From Bugula neritina (Eukaryota > Animalia > Bryozoa): 64,000 nt of DNA. Each line of letters starts with the position of its first letter. Positions within the stretch are counted from its first letter, which is position 1. Where the stretch lies: the NCBI GenBank assembly GCA_964035545.1, contig OZ037768.1:22291319-22355318 (forward strand), written 5' to 3'. The position numbers were made by a program, and so were the translations under genes. A model generated the notes under the pieces. It made no database searches. It was not told the DNA's origin and saw only the letters and a list, made by a program, of their open reading frames with translations. Positions 1 to 35,600 of the stretch are shown here, piece by piece.

Positions 1-453
1 GTGTCAATGAGATAATGTCATTCGAATCAAACTATAACCAAAAATATATTATTCAAATGAAACAGTCAATCAAATCCATTTGATGTATGGAAACAGATTA
101 TAGTAAAATGACTGCTAACAATAGTAATAAGCCTTCACTTTTCGGTGTAATAAAATGATTCAAGCTGTTATTAGTTTATTTTTCTTTGATTTAAAAAAGT
201 ACAAGTTTAGGCTTTTGTGTCTAATAAATTAAATTTGTCGAAAACCAAGGCATAGTGAGAGGTGTGTATAGCTGAAGAACTGAAGCCAATACAGTGTATA
301 GTTAAAGAACTAAAGCTAACAAAGTGCATAGCTAAAGAACTAAAGCTAACAAAATGTATAGCTAAGGAACTAAAGCTAACAAAGTGTATAGCTAAAGAAC
401 TAAAGCTAACAAAGAGCACATAGCTGAAGAATTAAAGCTAACAAAGTGTATAG

Positions 454-22434
<21,981 letters not shown>

Positions 22435-25400
22435 TACTTAACTTCTAAAATAAATAATAATAAGAATAATAAGAATAATAATAATAATGGAGGAAAATTT
22501 CTATCCATCCCAGCCTAGTGGATCTAGGCCGATGGTAGAAGGTTACACCAGCTAAAAGCTGTAATACAACCAATAATAATAATAATAATATTGTATAGTT
22601 TGCACATTGATAGGCCAACAATTATCATCTGTCTACACACAATAACATGGCACACTTGTAGACATGCTTCCATGTAACTGTAATTACCACACAGTTATGT
22701 AATTCTAAAGTAATAATATAAAACTAGTTTCAAATATATGGATGTATATGGAGTCAACTCACAAAACCTGCTATGATATTTGTATCAAATTGATAAGAAA
22801 TAAATAAAGGAAGGAAAAGTTGCTTATATTATAGTTTCACTCGATTTAAGAATATATAACAATTATCAAATTCCTTTTTACATGGCAATTGCTGAAAATG
22901 CATGCTGTATATAAAAGTGTGAATATTTAAATTAGTTACTGGTTTAAATTAGGTAATATAAATTATCCTAAAAGATTGAGCTTATATTCAATAAGGAAAA
23001 TAATATATAGGCTGTCGTAATTTTATATAATGTATAGGAATTTCACTGCAATATCTTTAAAGTAAAGGATTTCAAGAGAATTTAACATATTTGCAGTCTA
23101 TACTCCAAGCTGATCAATTAAGTGTTTATTATAGTAAAACAATGTGATATTGCATTAATACAAAAGATTAATCAAAGCATAGCACTTATAATCAATGTTT
23201 CACTTAGTCTTTTCATTGTAAGCTGATGGCACAGATTGTTATAAATATTCACTACACACTTTACTCGATGAACAGTAATTTGCAGTCACAGCAGCATATT
23301 AAATTGTATGAAGTCATCAAAAAGATAAATATGTGCAATATTACAATAATGAGTATATTGGAAGTGTGGGAATTTTATTCCCATGTTAGATGCTCTTCAA
23401 ACTGCATGTATATACATATTTGTATGAGTAGTAAAAAGTATATAGTTGGAAATTACAGATATTCATGCAGGTTAGGTACAGTTAGATCCTTCAGATGTTA
23501 ATATTGCATTGCAGTTGAATAAATTATTTCAACATTAAGCTTTAAAGCTTTTCAGCCCGAAAATAATTCACTAAAACAAAAGGCATAAGCCTGTATTCTA
23601 GATTAGATATGTTTCTATGACTAGTATTTAAAAAGTCAAATTCTCTTAAAAAAGCGACAACAGCCACTAACAATGCCAGTTAACAGTATAACTATGAACT
23701 ACGTACTTGGTATAGTTTGAAAAAATAGGTGTCTAAACATGCTTATTGTAATTGGCTAAAGCTTCAAATACTTTTTTTAATTTCAGTTGTAGAATTACTT
23801 AAGATTTCTTTATTAATGTTTTTGTACGGAGTGTTACTCAATAAAAACCGTTCATAGTCACATGGACATTAAGCACAGTTGTGAAATACAGGTTAATTTA
23901 CAGCAAATGCAACAAATATGATATACACCTAACGTAGACACCTAACAGAGTAACAGACACCTGACAGACACCTGAAGTACTTGTCTTTCATTTAGTTGAA
24001 GTTAATTCAATGGTTGACCAGAGCTTGGGATAAACTAGCCTAGAAACATCTCATACTCATACTGCCCAGACATCTGTTAAATATGATATAACTTTATATA
24101 TTTTTCATTGTACGGTGTGCTAATTTCATTTTAATAATAGCCTTAGATTGTAATAAACTTACCAATATTGTGCTGATTAATGCATGCCTTTGACTATAAT
24201 CACTATTATTCCTTTCTATGGTCCTAAGGCTGTATGTCCAGCAAACACCTTCGAGTTGCTAGATATGAGGTTCACTCTACATGATCTTCAGATGTACTAC
24301 TAAATTAGTATCTAAATCCAAGCACGCAAAATCATTGTGAAAACTGGCCAGCATAGCGGCGTAGTATAAGCAATGCATTGTCAACCAATAGCAGCTGTTG
24401 TTACATGAAATCAATAGTTGATTCAAAGGCCTTCTGGGCATGTGTACACATAATGAAAACAAAACAGCTTTAAAATGTTTAGGTAGACACAAAAGATTAA
24501 ATTTTGTTGAACAAGTTGGCTAGTAGCTGTGCCTAGGTAACAAGCATTGCTTCCCAGACTCGTTTTGATAAATATCATATAAGACTATAAGTTGAATTAT
24601 AACAATATTCCAACTCATGCCCCCAGCACCTAAAAGCAAGGGCGGTAAAGCATTTCTAAAAAACTTTAGAGCTTAAATGATAGGCAGATAGAAATATGAG
24701 GCAAATAGAAGCAGTAATAACAGCATGAGTGTAGCTCGACATATAACAAAATTCAAGTAATTGTGGAACCTGCTGATTCATTATGCCAATGTTTTACTGT
24801 AAATCCCTGAGATGATATATAATTGGTCAGACAATTACTTACGCAAGTTTCAAATACTCAAAATAATAATAATTATACTCGTTGGTAAAACTATACACTT
24901 CAACTAGATTGCAAGGAAAAACAACTCTGCTATAACTTTTATGCAATATTAAACTAACATGGCCAGTTTAAACACTTCAAGCAAAGTATAAAAAAAAACT
25001 TGCAGAAAAACAAGAGAAATACTGGAAATTCACTCAAGCCGAATTTGAATCAACTTTTGCTTGATGCATATTTGAGCTTTTATGAATTCTGAAATTTAAA
25101 ATGAATTACAGTTAAGGATTAAAGCTTGTGCATATTCTATGTATATATGCTAGTGTGAAGTATAACACTTACTACAAATTTAGTTGCGCTTATTGATTTG
25201 AACATTTAGCTTATGAAGTAAACGCACTTCAACATTTTAAAAATTTTGAGCTATTTGTGCAATTTAATGTCAATGATCATGAAATTTTGCATGCATATAG
25301 TATTTTACTTAAAACAGTTAGTTATCCTATATAATCAAACAATGGCTCACTAAGGTGGCATTGCATTAATTGTTAGTTTGATCAAAAATGTTTTTGTGTA

Positions 25401-25619
25401 ATTTTATTAAATTATAGATTAGTACTTTTACCGAAGGCACTGTAGTCAGTTATATATACTATTTTGTATCTTTTAGTTTCTTAAATATTTGATTTGCATG
25501 AATAGTGGACTTGTTTTATTGCATTTGAATGTAAAGCACAACTGGCAATTAGATATAAATCATGTATAAAATAATAATACCTCCTATATTCTATAATTTA
25601 TACTAATATAATGCAGTAC

Positions 25620-26170
25620 ATGACTTACAACGTAGTGCTTTAAAAAAGAGGAAAACTCCTCTAATATACATATCGTGCACAATTAGTCGAATAAATAGTA
25701 TGTTTATTGGGGTCGTCTTCTCCTTTAAAATGACGAGTTTCTTCACGTGACCTTGGCGTCAGTGAACATAGTTGGGTTTTGCAACAACAAAAACTGTGAT
25801 AATACGGAAACAATTACAAAACCCAAAGCTGTCAGATGTTGATTTAGTAGATTACTGGTTACACTCTATGCCCAATCAAATAGACTCCAGGTGTGCGATT
25901 GGATTTTAATATAGCGTGAATAACCTCGATTTCCACCTGTAGTACCATTATAATAGGTAATCATAACAAAGTGTACTACAATTGCTTCCAAAGCTCTGGT
26001 AGGATAGTAGGTTGGCAAGTTTTGTTTTTCTACAAAAGTTTGATTGGCAAAGTTGTAGTTGTGACTGTGTAGGCTGTAGGCAACTTATTCTTAGGTCTTC
26101 GATTAAGTTAATGCCATCATTAAGTTGCGGCTGTTAGAGAACTTTACTATTGACTTTGAGGTAAGTCAAT
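25620..26170. promoter_or_regulatory. Candidate bidirectional promoter between the coiled-coil gene and the PKA-RII gene
   Basis: Local CpG enrichment; E-box TCACGTGAC at 25743-25751 and half-CRE GGCGTCA at 25755-25761. Divergent consensus GTAAGT donors at 25623-25628 (minus) and 26161-26166 (plus). Both genes' first coding exons are preceded by acceptors, implying upstream non-coding exons. Confidence 0.45.
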
Positions 26171-28899
26171 ACAGTGAATACTTATAGTTATACTCACTTT
26201 CAATTTCATATTAAGTTTTATGTTTATGTAAAATTTATAATAATATCAATATTATGTTGTTATTATTATAATTATAATATTAATATAAATAGTATTTATA
26301 TTTGCTACTAGTAGTAGTACTGCAGTAAATGTAATACTAATACTAATAGTAATACTTGTACTAAGTTCAATACTTATAGTATTAGTTATAGTAGTAATAG
26401 TTATAGTTATACTTATAGTTATACAGTTATAGCTTTACTATTACAGTATTAGAGTTAGAGTTAGACTTGAAGTCTTGGAGTTAGTATTAAATTTGATGAT
26501 TTAGATTACGTTACAATTTATCACTTATAGTTATAGTTATTGGTTATTAAATTTGATCTTGGAGTTAGTCCTCTCAAGTAATAGTAATACTTTTGAATAC
26601 ATTTGAACTTGAAGTGCCTCATTTGTTTTACAATGTGGACTTCACGTTAGGTAGTAATTGTAAAACATAATGAATTAATGATATTGATAATAATCATTAT
26701 GATTATCTGATTATTGTAATAAAATCGAAAATGATATTTGCCTTTGGTTTGCTTGTAAATAAGTATCAAAATTAGAGTCGTCAAGATAATTTTACTTGAT
26801 ATGGGTAAAAGTAACTAATAGTCCTGTCATTACAATAATTACAATGCAGTTCTACTCTTATATTTCATCTTTATTTATTTTTTCTATAGTTTATGTGATG
26901 CAGTAACAGTAATTATGATTCTGTTACTAGTAATAGTTTTAATGCTCATAGTCATAGTACCATAATTTAGAAATAAATTAGTGTACTTCTTGTGTTGGTA
27001 TTACTATCACTATCACTATTATTATGGTTATACCCTGAACATACCTTTTGCTTTACCCCAGGCTTATCAGTATCTTCAATTTTCCTCCAACTGAACTTAA
27101 AAGAATTGGTATTACAAGTCTTGAGCTAACGTAAAAATTAGAATATTAATAATTTTAAGTGTAAAGTCAAGCCTGTAGTCTAAAGTCAAACAGTTAAATT
27201 AGTTCTGAAAATAAATTAGTTTAAGTAACGTTAAGAAGCATTAATACAAATTTGAAAAAAGCAAAAATATGTTTTAAACTTGGCTTCAAGTTTAAAAACG
27301 TATATTGTATTTTAATCTGCATTAATAATATCTGTCTAGATGTACTTTATTTAACTCAATAGTTACTCGGTATGAATATTACTTTGAACGTCACTCATAA
27401 ACTGCTTAATCATTTCGTAATTTTGAGTTGCTAATTTGTAATCATTAAACTAGACTAGCGTTTTGCTAGTCATCAATATTGCTTAAAAGTTGCAACATCT
27501 ATACCTTTACTACTAGTTTTAATTTGAGTCTTACTAATCATAAATGGCTTATATATTATTGCTATGTCACCAATGCTTTTCTGTTTTCACTTCTGAATTT
27601 AAAAAAATAAAAACTTGATAGCTTGGGTGCCTTCAAAATTTCATTTTCCTTCTCGTTGCTAACTAGCTACTATTAATTAAATGATATCTAGGCTGAATTT
27701 TCATTTGAAAATCAACTTATCATATTTAGTTGAGTTCTGTTGAAGTACAATTTTATTTGTCTTTTTTTGTTTTGCCTTTTTAATGCCAGCTGCTAAAAGC
27801 CAACTCAAAGATTTGTTGAGTGTAGACAGAACTTGCGTTATGTTATATTATTTAAATGTTAGAAATCAACGTGATACTGAATTTTATTGTCTGATATTGA
27901 TCTGGTACAAAGTTAATTGTAGTGGATCAATAGATTTCCAACCGAGATTTTCGTCTATAATAAGCCTAAATATGTCCAAGTGACGTTGAAGCTACGATAT
28001 TCTCAAATAAGTTGTCTCTAGAATCTAAACCAACGCAGAAAATCTTGTGTACAATAAAGCGTTTCTCAAGCTGTGATTGCAGCTCTCATAATTATTTAAA
28101 GTTCAGCTTTTGTCTCAGTCACTAATCAATAAAAAGAAGAACTGAAAACACTATTGGAAACTCGTTGAAAAAGCTTTATCCTGAATTAATAATCCCATTT
28201 GTATTTTTGTGTTCAATCCAAAATCAAGATTATGTTAATTTTTTTGTAATACTGACTTAATTACTTTAGTATATACTAGAGGTTAGTAACATCTGTAAAT
28301 TTTAAAATCATTGGTTATATTCCAAGTATTCAAATACTTTTCACGCTGATTAACTTGCCATCATTTTATCCTAGTTCAGAGTGAACAAAGTCAACAGATA
28401 AGCAATTAAAACACTCACATTGGTTTAGTGGTTGACAGTTTTTATAGGTTTTTTTTCTAATTTTATGATAAATTGTCAAGCTATTAAATGCTAAATTTCA
28501 AAATTTTTGCAAGGCTTATGTGGTTTTAGCAAATCACCAACAGTGAGTCTATTTTCTCTTATTTTATGACTAGCACCTCTTCTATCTCTGACACATAAGC
28601 ACACCTATATATCATTTCTTTTTTAAATCTTGTCAATTAAAAAAACTTTTCCCACAACTAGACTTAAAGCTGGTGTCTTGTTGAAATATTTATGACCCTT
28701 AGTTTCATAATACAGGTTTTCTGTATTATCCAAAAGCTGAATTCCAGTGTATACATTCCTTTAATTCGGAATATTTTATTATTTCAAAAGTGGCATTGTG
28801 AATAAACAATAACACGAGCACCGCTTTTGAATCTTCATCGATTGTCAAGCTCCCACAATAAGTCCATGAAATGCTGGCAATAAAACGGACTGGAGTGTG

Positions 28900-29060
28900 A
28901 AACATTGACGTCACTTGTCCCTCACTACATTGTAATAACTAATATCTAGCCAAGATGGCAACGTAATAGTACTGATAACTGCAATCTAACAATGTTGTCA
29001 AGTTTGTTCAACTGATAAGTCTGCCACAAGATGAAGTGGGATTGGCTACAAGCCAATGAG
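28900..29060 (+). promoter_or_regulatory. Possible proximal promoter/enhancer of PKA-RII (full CRE, YY1-like site, paired CCAAT boxes)
   Basis: TGACGTCA at 28906-28913, CAAGATGGC near 28950, ATTGG...CCAAT at 29041-29057. Motif matches only. Confidence 0.3.
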
Positions 29061-29696
29061 CTGAGAGGTGCTTAGGTTTTGTTACATCGATTCTTCTGTC
29101 AACAAGATTGGTGATGACAGCTTTAAGTGCTGGTCAAACGCTGCTCTGACTAATTCTCTCACTGATAGTTCCAGCTGCTGACAATCACCAGACCCAATCA
29201 TCTTTGTCTACATTTGTGTGACCAATTCTAATCGGTTATCAAACATGGTGGCACTAAAAGCAGATTCTGCTCGAGACATCATCAATGAGCTTGCAGTACT
29301 AAGCTTGGCTGAATTTATTTTGACTCCTTACCCCCACTAGTTATTAATTATGCTATTTTTTTACTTATTATTTTGAATAATTTAAAAAACTGCACAGTGC
29401 CCTTATGATCGGCTCTCATTATTTATTATTATCGTGTTCTTAGGGTAATTAATCTTCATTAAAATAAAGCCTCACAGCTGCATCTATTGCTTGTTTCAAA
29501 CTAGCAGAACATGTAGACATCTTTTCACAACTACCGCTTGATACCAGCAGACGATTGGCGTGATATCTTTGTACTGTTTGAGTTAAAAGGATGTTTTCAT
29601 TCTCATAAAAGTGGTGTGTTCACTGCAGGTGGAAGTACAGTTGCCAAGGGACGAGCAGCGTCAGATGCTAGCAGGTGAATGACTAGGTTTACGAAT

Positions 29697-32600
29697 ATGC
29701 CTTCCACAGAATTTGAAGTTCCAGTTGGTCTTGACAAGCTGCTACAAGAGTTCACGGTAGCCGTTCTTAGGAACCAGCCAGCCAATCTAAACCTCTTTGC
29801 GAGGGATTACTTTGAGAGGAAGTGTTTGAATGAGAATGAGGATGAAGACTATAGAAATAATAATGGCTACAGTGATGATGAATCAGGTATTGTCATATCC
29901 TTGATACTGTATGTCGTAGAGGACCTGCTATCCTTTAGCCAGTAACTTATTATCTTATAGCCAGAAACTTACATTTCTCTTCTAGTCATGAACTGCTACT
30001 TTATATTATATGCCTTTTACTATTTTACTTTAATGTTTAAGTATCATGAACACATGAATGGAACACTTTTGGCGCCAACATATTTTGCTGGCATGTAAGA
30101 TGGAGTTGGTTTGGCTACCGTTCAGCTTGTAGCGTCTCTGTATACCATTGGTGTATTACGGAGCTGTGCATACATTGCTGTTCACTCCAGCAACACCTTT
30201 TATATTAGTTTACCTACCATTGCTGGTCAACTGACATTTCTTATTATAATTAAGGAAAACATTGTTTGAAAAAGTATACCTTCAGTATTAACTATACTTT
30301 TTTAGTTAATGAGAAAAGTTGGCATAAAATTAAATGGATGCGAAATTTCTTTCCAAATTTCTTAACAATTGAGTAATTTGGTGTCGGTTAGCAGTGCTAG
30401 GCTGTTCTGGTGCAGCCTCAAACCTTCCGGAAGGGCAACATGTTTAGAGACAATACGTCAATTGTGTGCTCAGACAGGACCGGTATTATAGAATCTCCTG
30501 TCTAACCAACCATCTCTTTCCCTAATCTCTTGCTTATTAATTCCGTAATCCTGAAGTTAATCCTAACCGTGCAGTTATCACCTCACCTGTGGTTGGATTC
30601 ACGTAATTCTGTATCACCACCTATGAGAACTGCAGCTATGCCAGCTGCAATCTCAACAGATTAGGTTAACCGCGATGATCCATCTTTTGTGGCGTAACTT
30701 CAACGAGGAAAGTCAATCATTGGCATGTAATTATACAGTCTTTAGTGTGGGGAGGTAATTTATTTATTATATAACTACCTAATAGCTAGACTAGTCAGTA
30801 ATAAAGTAATATTCCTGTAACTGCCTCAACTCATTAGGGAGATGAATTATTAGGTATCGCCCTAAGTTCTTACGGCAGCGGTTTCTTACGATTCAACGTT
30901 GCTTGTTCACAGCTATACTGAATCAAGTACTGAGTTTTAAGTGTTTCCCACGGAAACAAGTGCTATATTTGCAAAGTCCTTCGATTAAAGTCTCTCTCCT
31001 GTTTATTTCAAATACACATGTTATGAGTGTAGCTTTTTAAGACCAACAACTGGGTAATATTGGTACTGTAGAGAAGATTTGACCAATCATTTTGTTGATG
31101 AGTTGAAGTGTGTCAAGGGGAGACAGGGGAGGGGAATTTGAAGGGGGTCAAGTAGACACTGTAACAAGTTTCAATTAATGAGGGGCAGCATGCTGAAAAG
31201 GTGGTTAACAACGAAGATGATAGTGTAACTGCAGCATTTCACAACTACCTGCTAAATAACTGTGCATCTTACTATCGTATAGTAATTAATTAGAAGTAAG
31301 TAAAAAGACAAAACAGTTGCAATCTCCAAGTTAAAGACAAGCACAGGGTGACTGAAATGTAGGGATTAGCAAGAGCTAAGCCCTACATGACCAATAGTGA
31401 TGTTTTGGATTACAACATATAATAGCAGAATACAATAGACAGGGAAGCCCTGTTTCCGGTATTAGCTCTAATAACAAGACCTATTGTTGCTCTCAAATAC
31501 AGAATGCAAAGTGTCTAGAAGAGTGAAAGTCTAGAATAACTCAGGTGCAATTTATTATGAGTCGGGAAAGTTTAACGTCAGTTTCTGTGTTTGATTCTAG
31601 CCTTAAATATCAATGCTTTAGCGTTAATTTCTTTTTACTAAACATTTTGACAGGGTCATGCAACCTCTAGCCCAGGGAAATATCAGAGTAGAAACACCTG
31701 GCAAAACTTCCTCAAGTGTTAATCAAGGCTTTACACATTTCAAGTCAAAATTAAACACCTTTATTTTAATCAACACAACTTTATGTGAAAAGAAGCGAAA
31801 ACAACTATTTATTCCTTGCACAGTATATAGAGCGAAAGCTTGCATATTGTACTTAGCTAAGTGTTTGGTCGGGCTGTTGTACCTTCATTGATAGGCAGCG
31901 TCGCTACAGCTAGGTGTACAATAGTCAGCAGTGTTGCTGCCAAAGGAGGTTGGACTTAATTTGACACTGGAAACAACTTGAAACCATTTGCTACCAGTTA
32001 AATAATTCTACAGAGGCCGATATGGCACTAGTTAATTTTATTACCACACACTTTACAAGCTGTTTATGGTAATGCTGGCTTAGAACAACAATAAAATATG
32101 AAATACTAATATAAGTATCATAAAAATGTAGCCATAGTTCTGTATAATCATTTTATCTACTCTTTATCAGCTAACCACTAACTATTATAGATATATTCTG
32201 TAATAAATACACTATTTAATAATGTTGATGTGTGTATTATATGCATATTAATTGTTATCAGGTATTATGTATAAAGCATTCGTTTGTTTTTTATGTAGCG
32301 TAATATATTTCATGTTTTAATGTACAATTTACTTTTTACGAAACTAAACTCCTTATTGATGGTATTTCATATATATTACATAATCACTGTAGATTCTAAT
32401 TTACCTGCAATGTCCAGCTATCATGGCTCATCGATTTATTTCAACCTGTTGTCTTATTTTAACTAATAATAATATAATGAATGTAAGAATGATTACCCAA
32501 GCCATCAGCAGTGAAGAGTGTTTCAAGTGTTGACATCCCTATCTTCAACTAACTCTACTCAGCTACTGGGTTCTACTGCATCTAGCTGTTGAATATCCTC

Positions 32601-35600
32601 TCTGTCAGCTAGTCTTGTTTATAATTAGTTTTTAGCTCTTCATCTTGAGATTCCCCGACTAGAATGCACCCGACAATTGTCATGCCAGAGGCATTTTCAG
32701 TTAGTAATGAAATTAAGTGGCGTTTTTCTTCACTTGAATCATTACACAGCAAGCGGAGTGTCAATAGAGTAGTCAGAAATCAGAGTTAACTGCTGGGGAC
32801 AGGTTATATATTCTGCTAGGCTTGCCGTTGCTAGTTGACGTATCATGGCGTCTTACTGCGTTGATTCCGACTCAAGTGGTGCGTTTTATTTTGTTTAGAT
32901 TTTATATATTTGCAGGTAAAACTTCGTTGCTACGGACTTATTTAATTTTATTTTATTTTTTAGAATGTGAGTCACCCCCTCCAGAATATTTGAGTAAACA
33001 GTCTAGTCGTAGAAAATCAGGTGAGTGATGTCATTTCCTGTTAGTAAGTAAGGCATTGTGGGATGTAGGTGAAAATTGAGTATAATAGTCTTACAGTGGT
33101 GGAGGTAGGTGGATGTGAATAGAGAGGGGAGAAGCTGCTGGCTCTACACACACTATGCTGACTCTACACACTCTCTGCTGACTCTACACTCTCTGCTGAC
33201 TCTACACACACTATGCTGACTCTACACACACTCTGCTGACTCTACACACTCTCTGCTGACTCTACACACTCTCTGCTGACTCTACACACTCTGACTTACA
33301 AAGTTATAATGTCATATCTAAATTATTACAGGATATAATAACAGTTTTAATAAAAGAGTAATCCTGTATCAATATGTCAATTACAATGTCAGCGTGCATG
33401 TATTGTGTGTCTTCAATAAGGATAATATTTCATAATAACTTGTAATGTTTTATGCTTCTGGGTGAAACACAAGTCAAGCTATTAGCATCATTTAAATTAA
33501 TCAAGACTAGGCTAAGCTAATGTACAAACACATTAGCATTAAAATACTTGGTGTTGTATTTGTCATTTTTTATCCAAGTAATTTACGTCAACCATGCACA
33601 TGTCACTATGGGAAGCTGAGTGCAGGCTGCATGCCTGCTAATTCCTTAGTTTTAATAGTTTAAATAACTATTTACTCTAATGGAGAATTTGCCATTAATT
33701 TAAGTAAATCTTTTTTTCTCCGGGTGAAAACCACCCATATCACAATAGAAAGACAAAATTATTCTGGCAATAGCTTGTTGCTTGATTCTTATTATTTTTT
33801 CATAAGCTTGTTTTAAAATTTGAAATATCTCAATTTTTCTGAATGCAGCACGTTATTGTGGTTATACTTTTTAAATCAGAATCAGTTACTAGCCGATCTG
33901 TAATAATTAAGGTGTATGTTTTAGTATCTGCTGAACGATATGATCCGGAAGCGGACGATGAAGTGGAAGGAGAGGGAAGGGTAGGTTATCTCCCCTCCTC
34001 TAGTATGCTTCACTCAGTACAATAATCTTAGTCTAATATCTGTAATAGTAGCAACTAGCAATTGCATGTATAAGTGGCAACTAGCATGTGTAAGTGGCAA
34101 CTAGCATGTGTAAGTGGCAACTAGCATGTGTAAGTGGCAACTAGCATGTGTAAGTGGCAACTAGCATGTATAAGTAGCAACTAGCAACTGCATGTGTAAG
34201 TGGCAACTAGCTACTGCATGTGTAAGTGGCAACTAGCAACTGCATGTGTAAGTAGCAACTGCATGTGTAAGTGGCAACTAGCAACTGCATGTGTAAGTGG
34301 CAACTAGAAGACTAGTACTGTATCCGACATGAGTTACAATTTATTGCATTATACAATATCACATTACATAAACACAATTTCACAAACTCCGCAATGAAAC
34401 ATGTTCTTCTCAGCGTAGCAAGTAACTTTGTTAGCTCTCAAGCTAAGTCCGGTGCTGTGTGGTAACTCAGGGAATTATATCATTTAATTACTTTTTTGCT
34501 CTTAAAATCAATTTATGTGAAGGAATTTACAGTCTTGAGTAAAGAGTGATTTCATTACACATCCGCCCTTCTCTAATTCCCTTTATTTTATCTGTTGAAA
34601 TAATACTAAGCTGATTATATCCACCTCTATATTGTGCTTTAATAGTAAATAGTCATTACTAGTATATAGTCATCACTAGTAAACAGTCATCACTAGTAAA
34701 CAGTCATCACTAGTATATAGTCATCACTAGTAAACAGTCATCACTAGTAAACAGTCATCACTAGTTAGCAGTCAACACTAGTAGCATAAATCTTGTAAAT
34801 TCTATTTCTCACCTTCTTGGGGGATAAAGAAAGGTTTAGGTTCGTGAATACTGACCCTGAGTTGACCTTCACCCCCTATTTCCTGTTTAAGTTAGTATAT
34901 GGCTTCTCTGGGGTTTCGAAATTGATAAAAGGGTTTTTATTTACTTTCTTTAAATTTAAAATAGTTTATTATTCTAACCCCTTCTCCAATATCTTCAATG
35001 GGCTTTACATTAAACAACCTGTGATTTTAATTTAAGGCAGAAAAAATGTAAGCACCCAGGCCTTTTCGCATCCCAAAGGCTGGTGGTTTAAGTTTTTTTG
35101 GCTGCAACTGTGCAGTAGTTCCAAGTTAATACCCTGCCTCTGCTATGCGGCAGCAGCAGCAGCGAGATTGCTGCAGCGAGTCTGTACGCAACATGCTGCT
35201 GATCCAATCACTGTCAAGCATTTGTGTTTACATTAGCAGGAAGATAAAGTATGTAAATATCAGCCATGTAGGTCACTCAGTTACATTATCACTTACTTCT
35301 CAACTTCTACATCACCTCAGCTGCATTGTGTATTATCTGCTGTTTGCTCTGTCAGTTAACCACTTGTTTAACCATAGTATTGGTGATAAGCAGCTAGCAT
35401 TTCAACCTGCTGCACATTCCTCTAGTGTAGATTACATCTTAGACAAGGTTATGACAAGCAAAAGAGGTTTGTGTGACTGTTGGTTTGTGCTGATCCCAAG
35501 TTATGAGTTTATTGTTTTATTCCTTTATTATTTGTATAATTTTTTTCAGACGGTAAACCCAAAGACAGATGAACAAAGATTAAAACTCAATGAAGCTGTA

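Noticed and set aside
34817-35035. [10 protein letters not shown] similarity to cytochrome b (possible NUMT)
   Set aside because: Match is limited to a few residues; flanking residues do not fit cytochrome b.
35145-35549. Long frame open into PKA-RII exon 4 ([10 protein letters not shown]...) as an alternative N-terminus
   Set aside because: Composition looks like translated intron and a strong acceptor sits at 35549; no other support.
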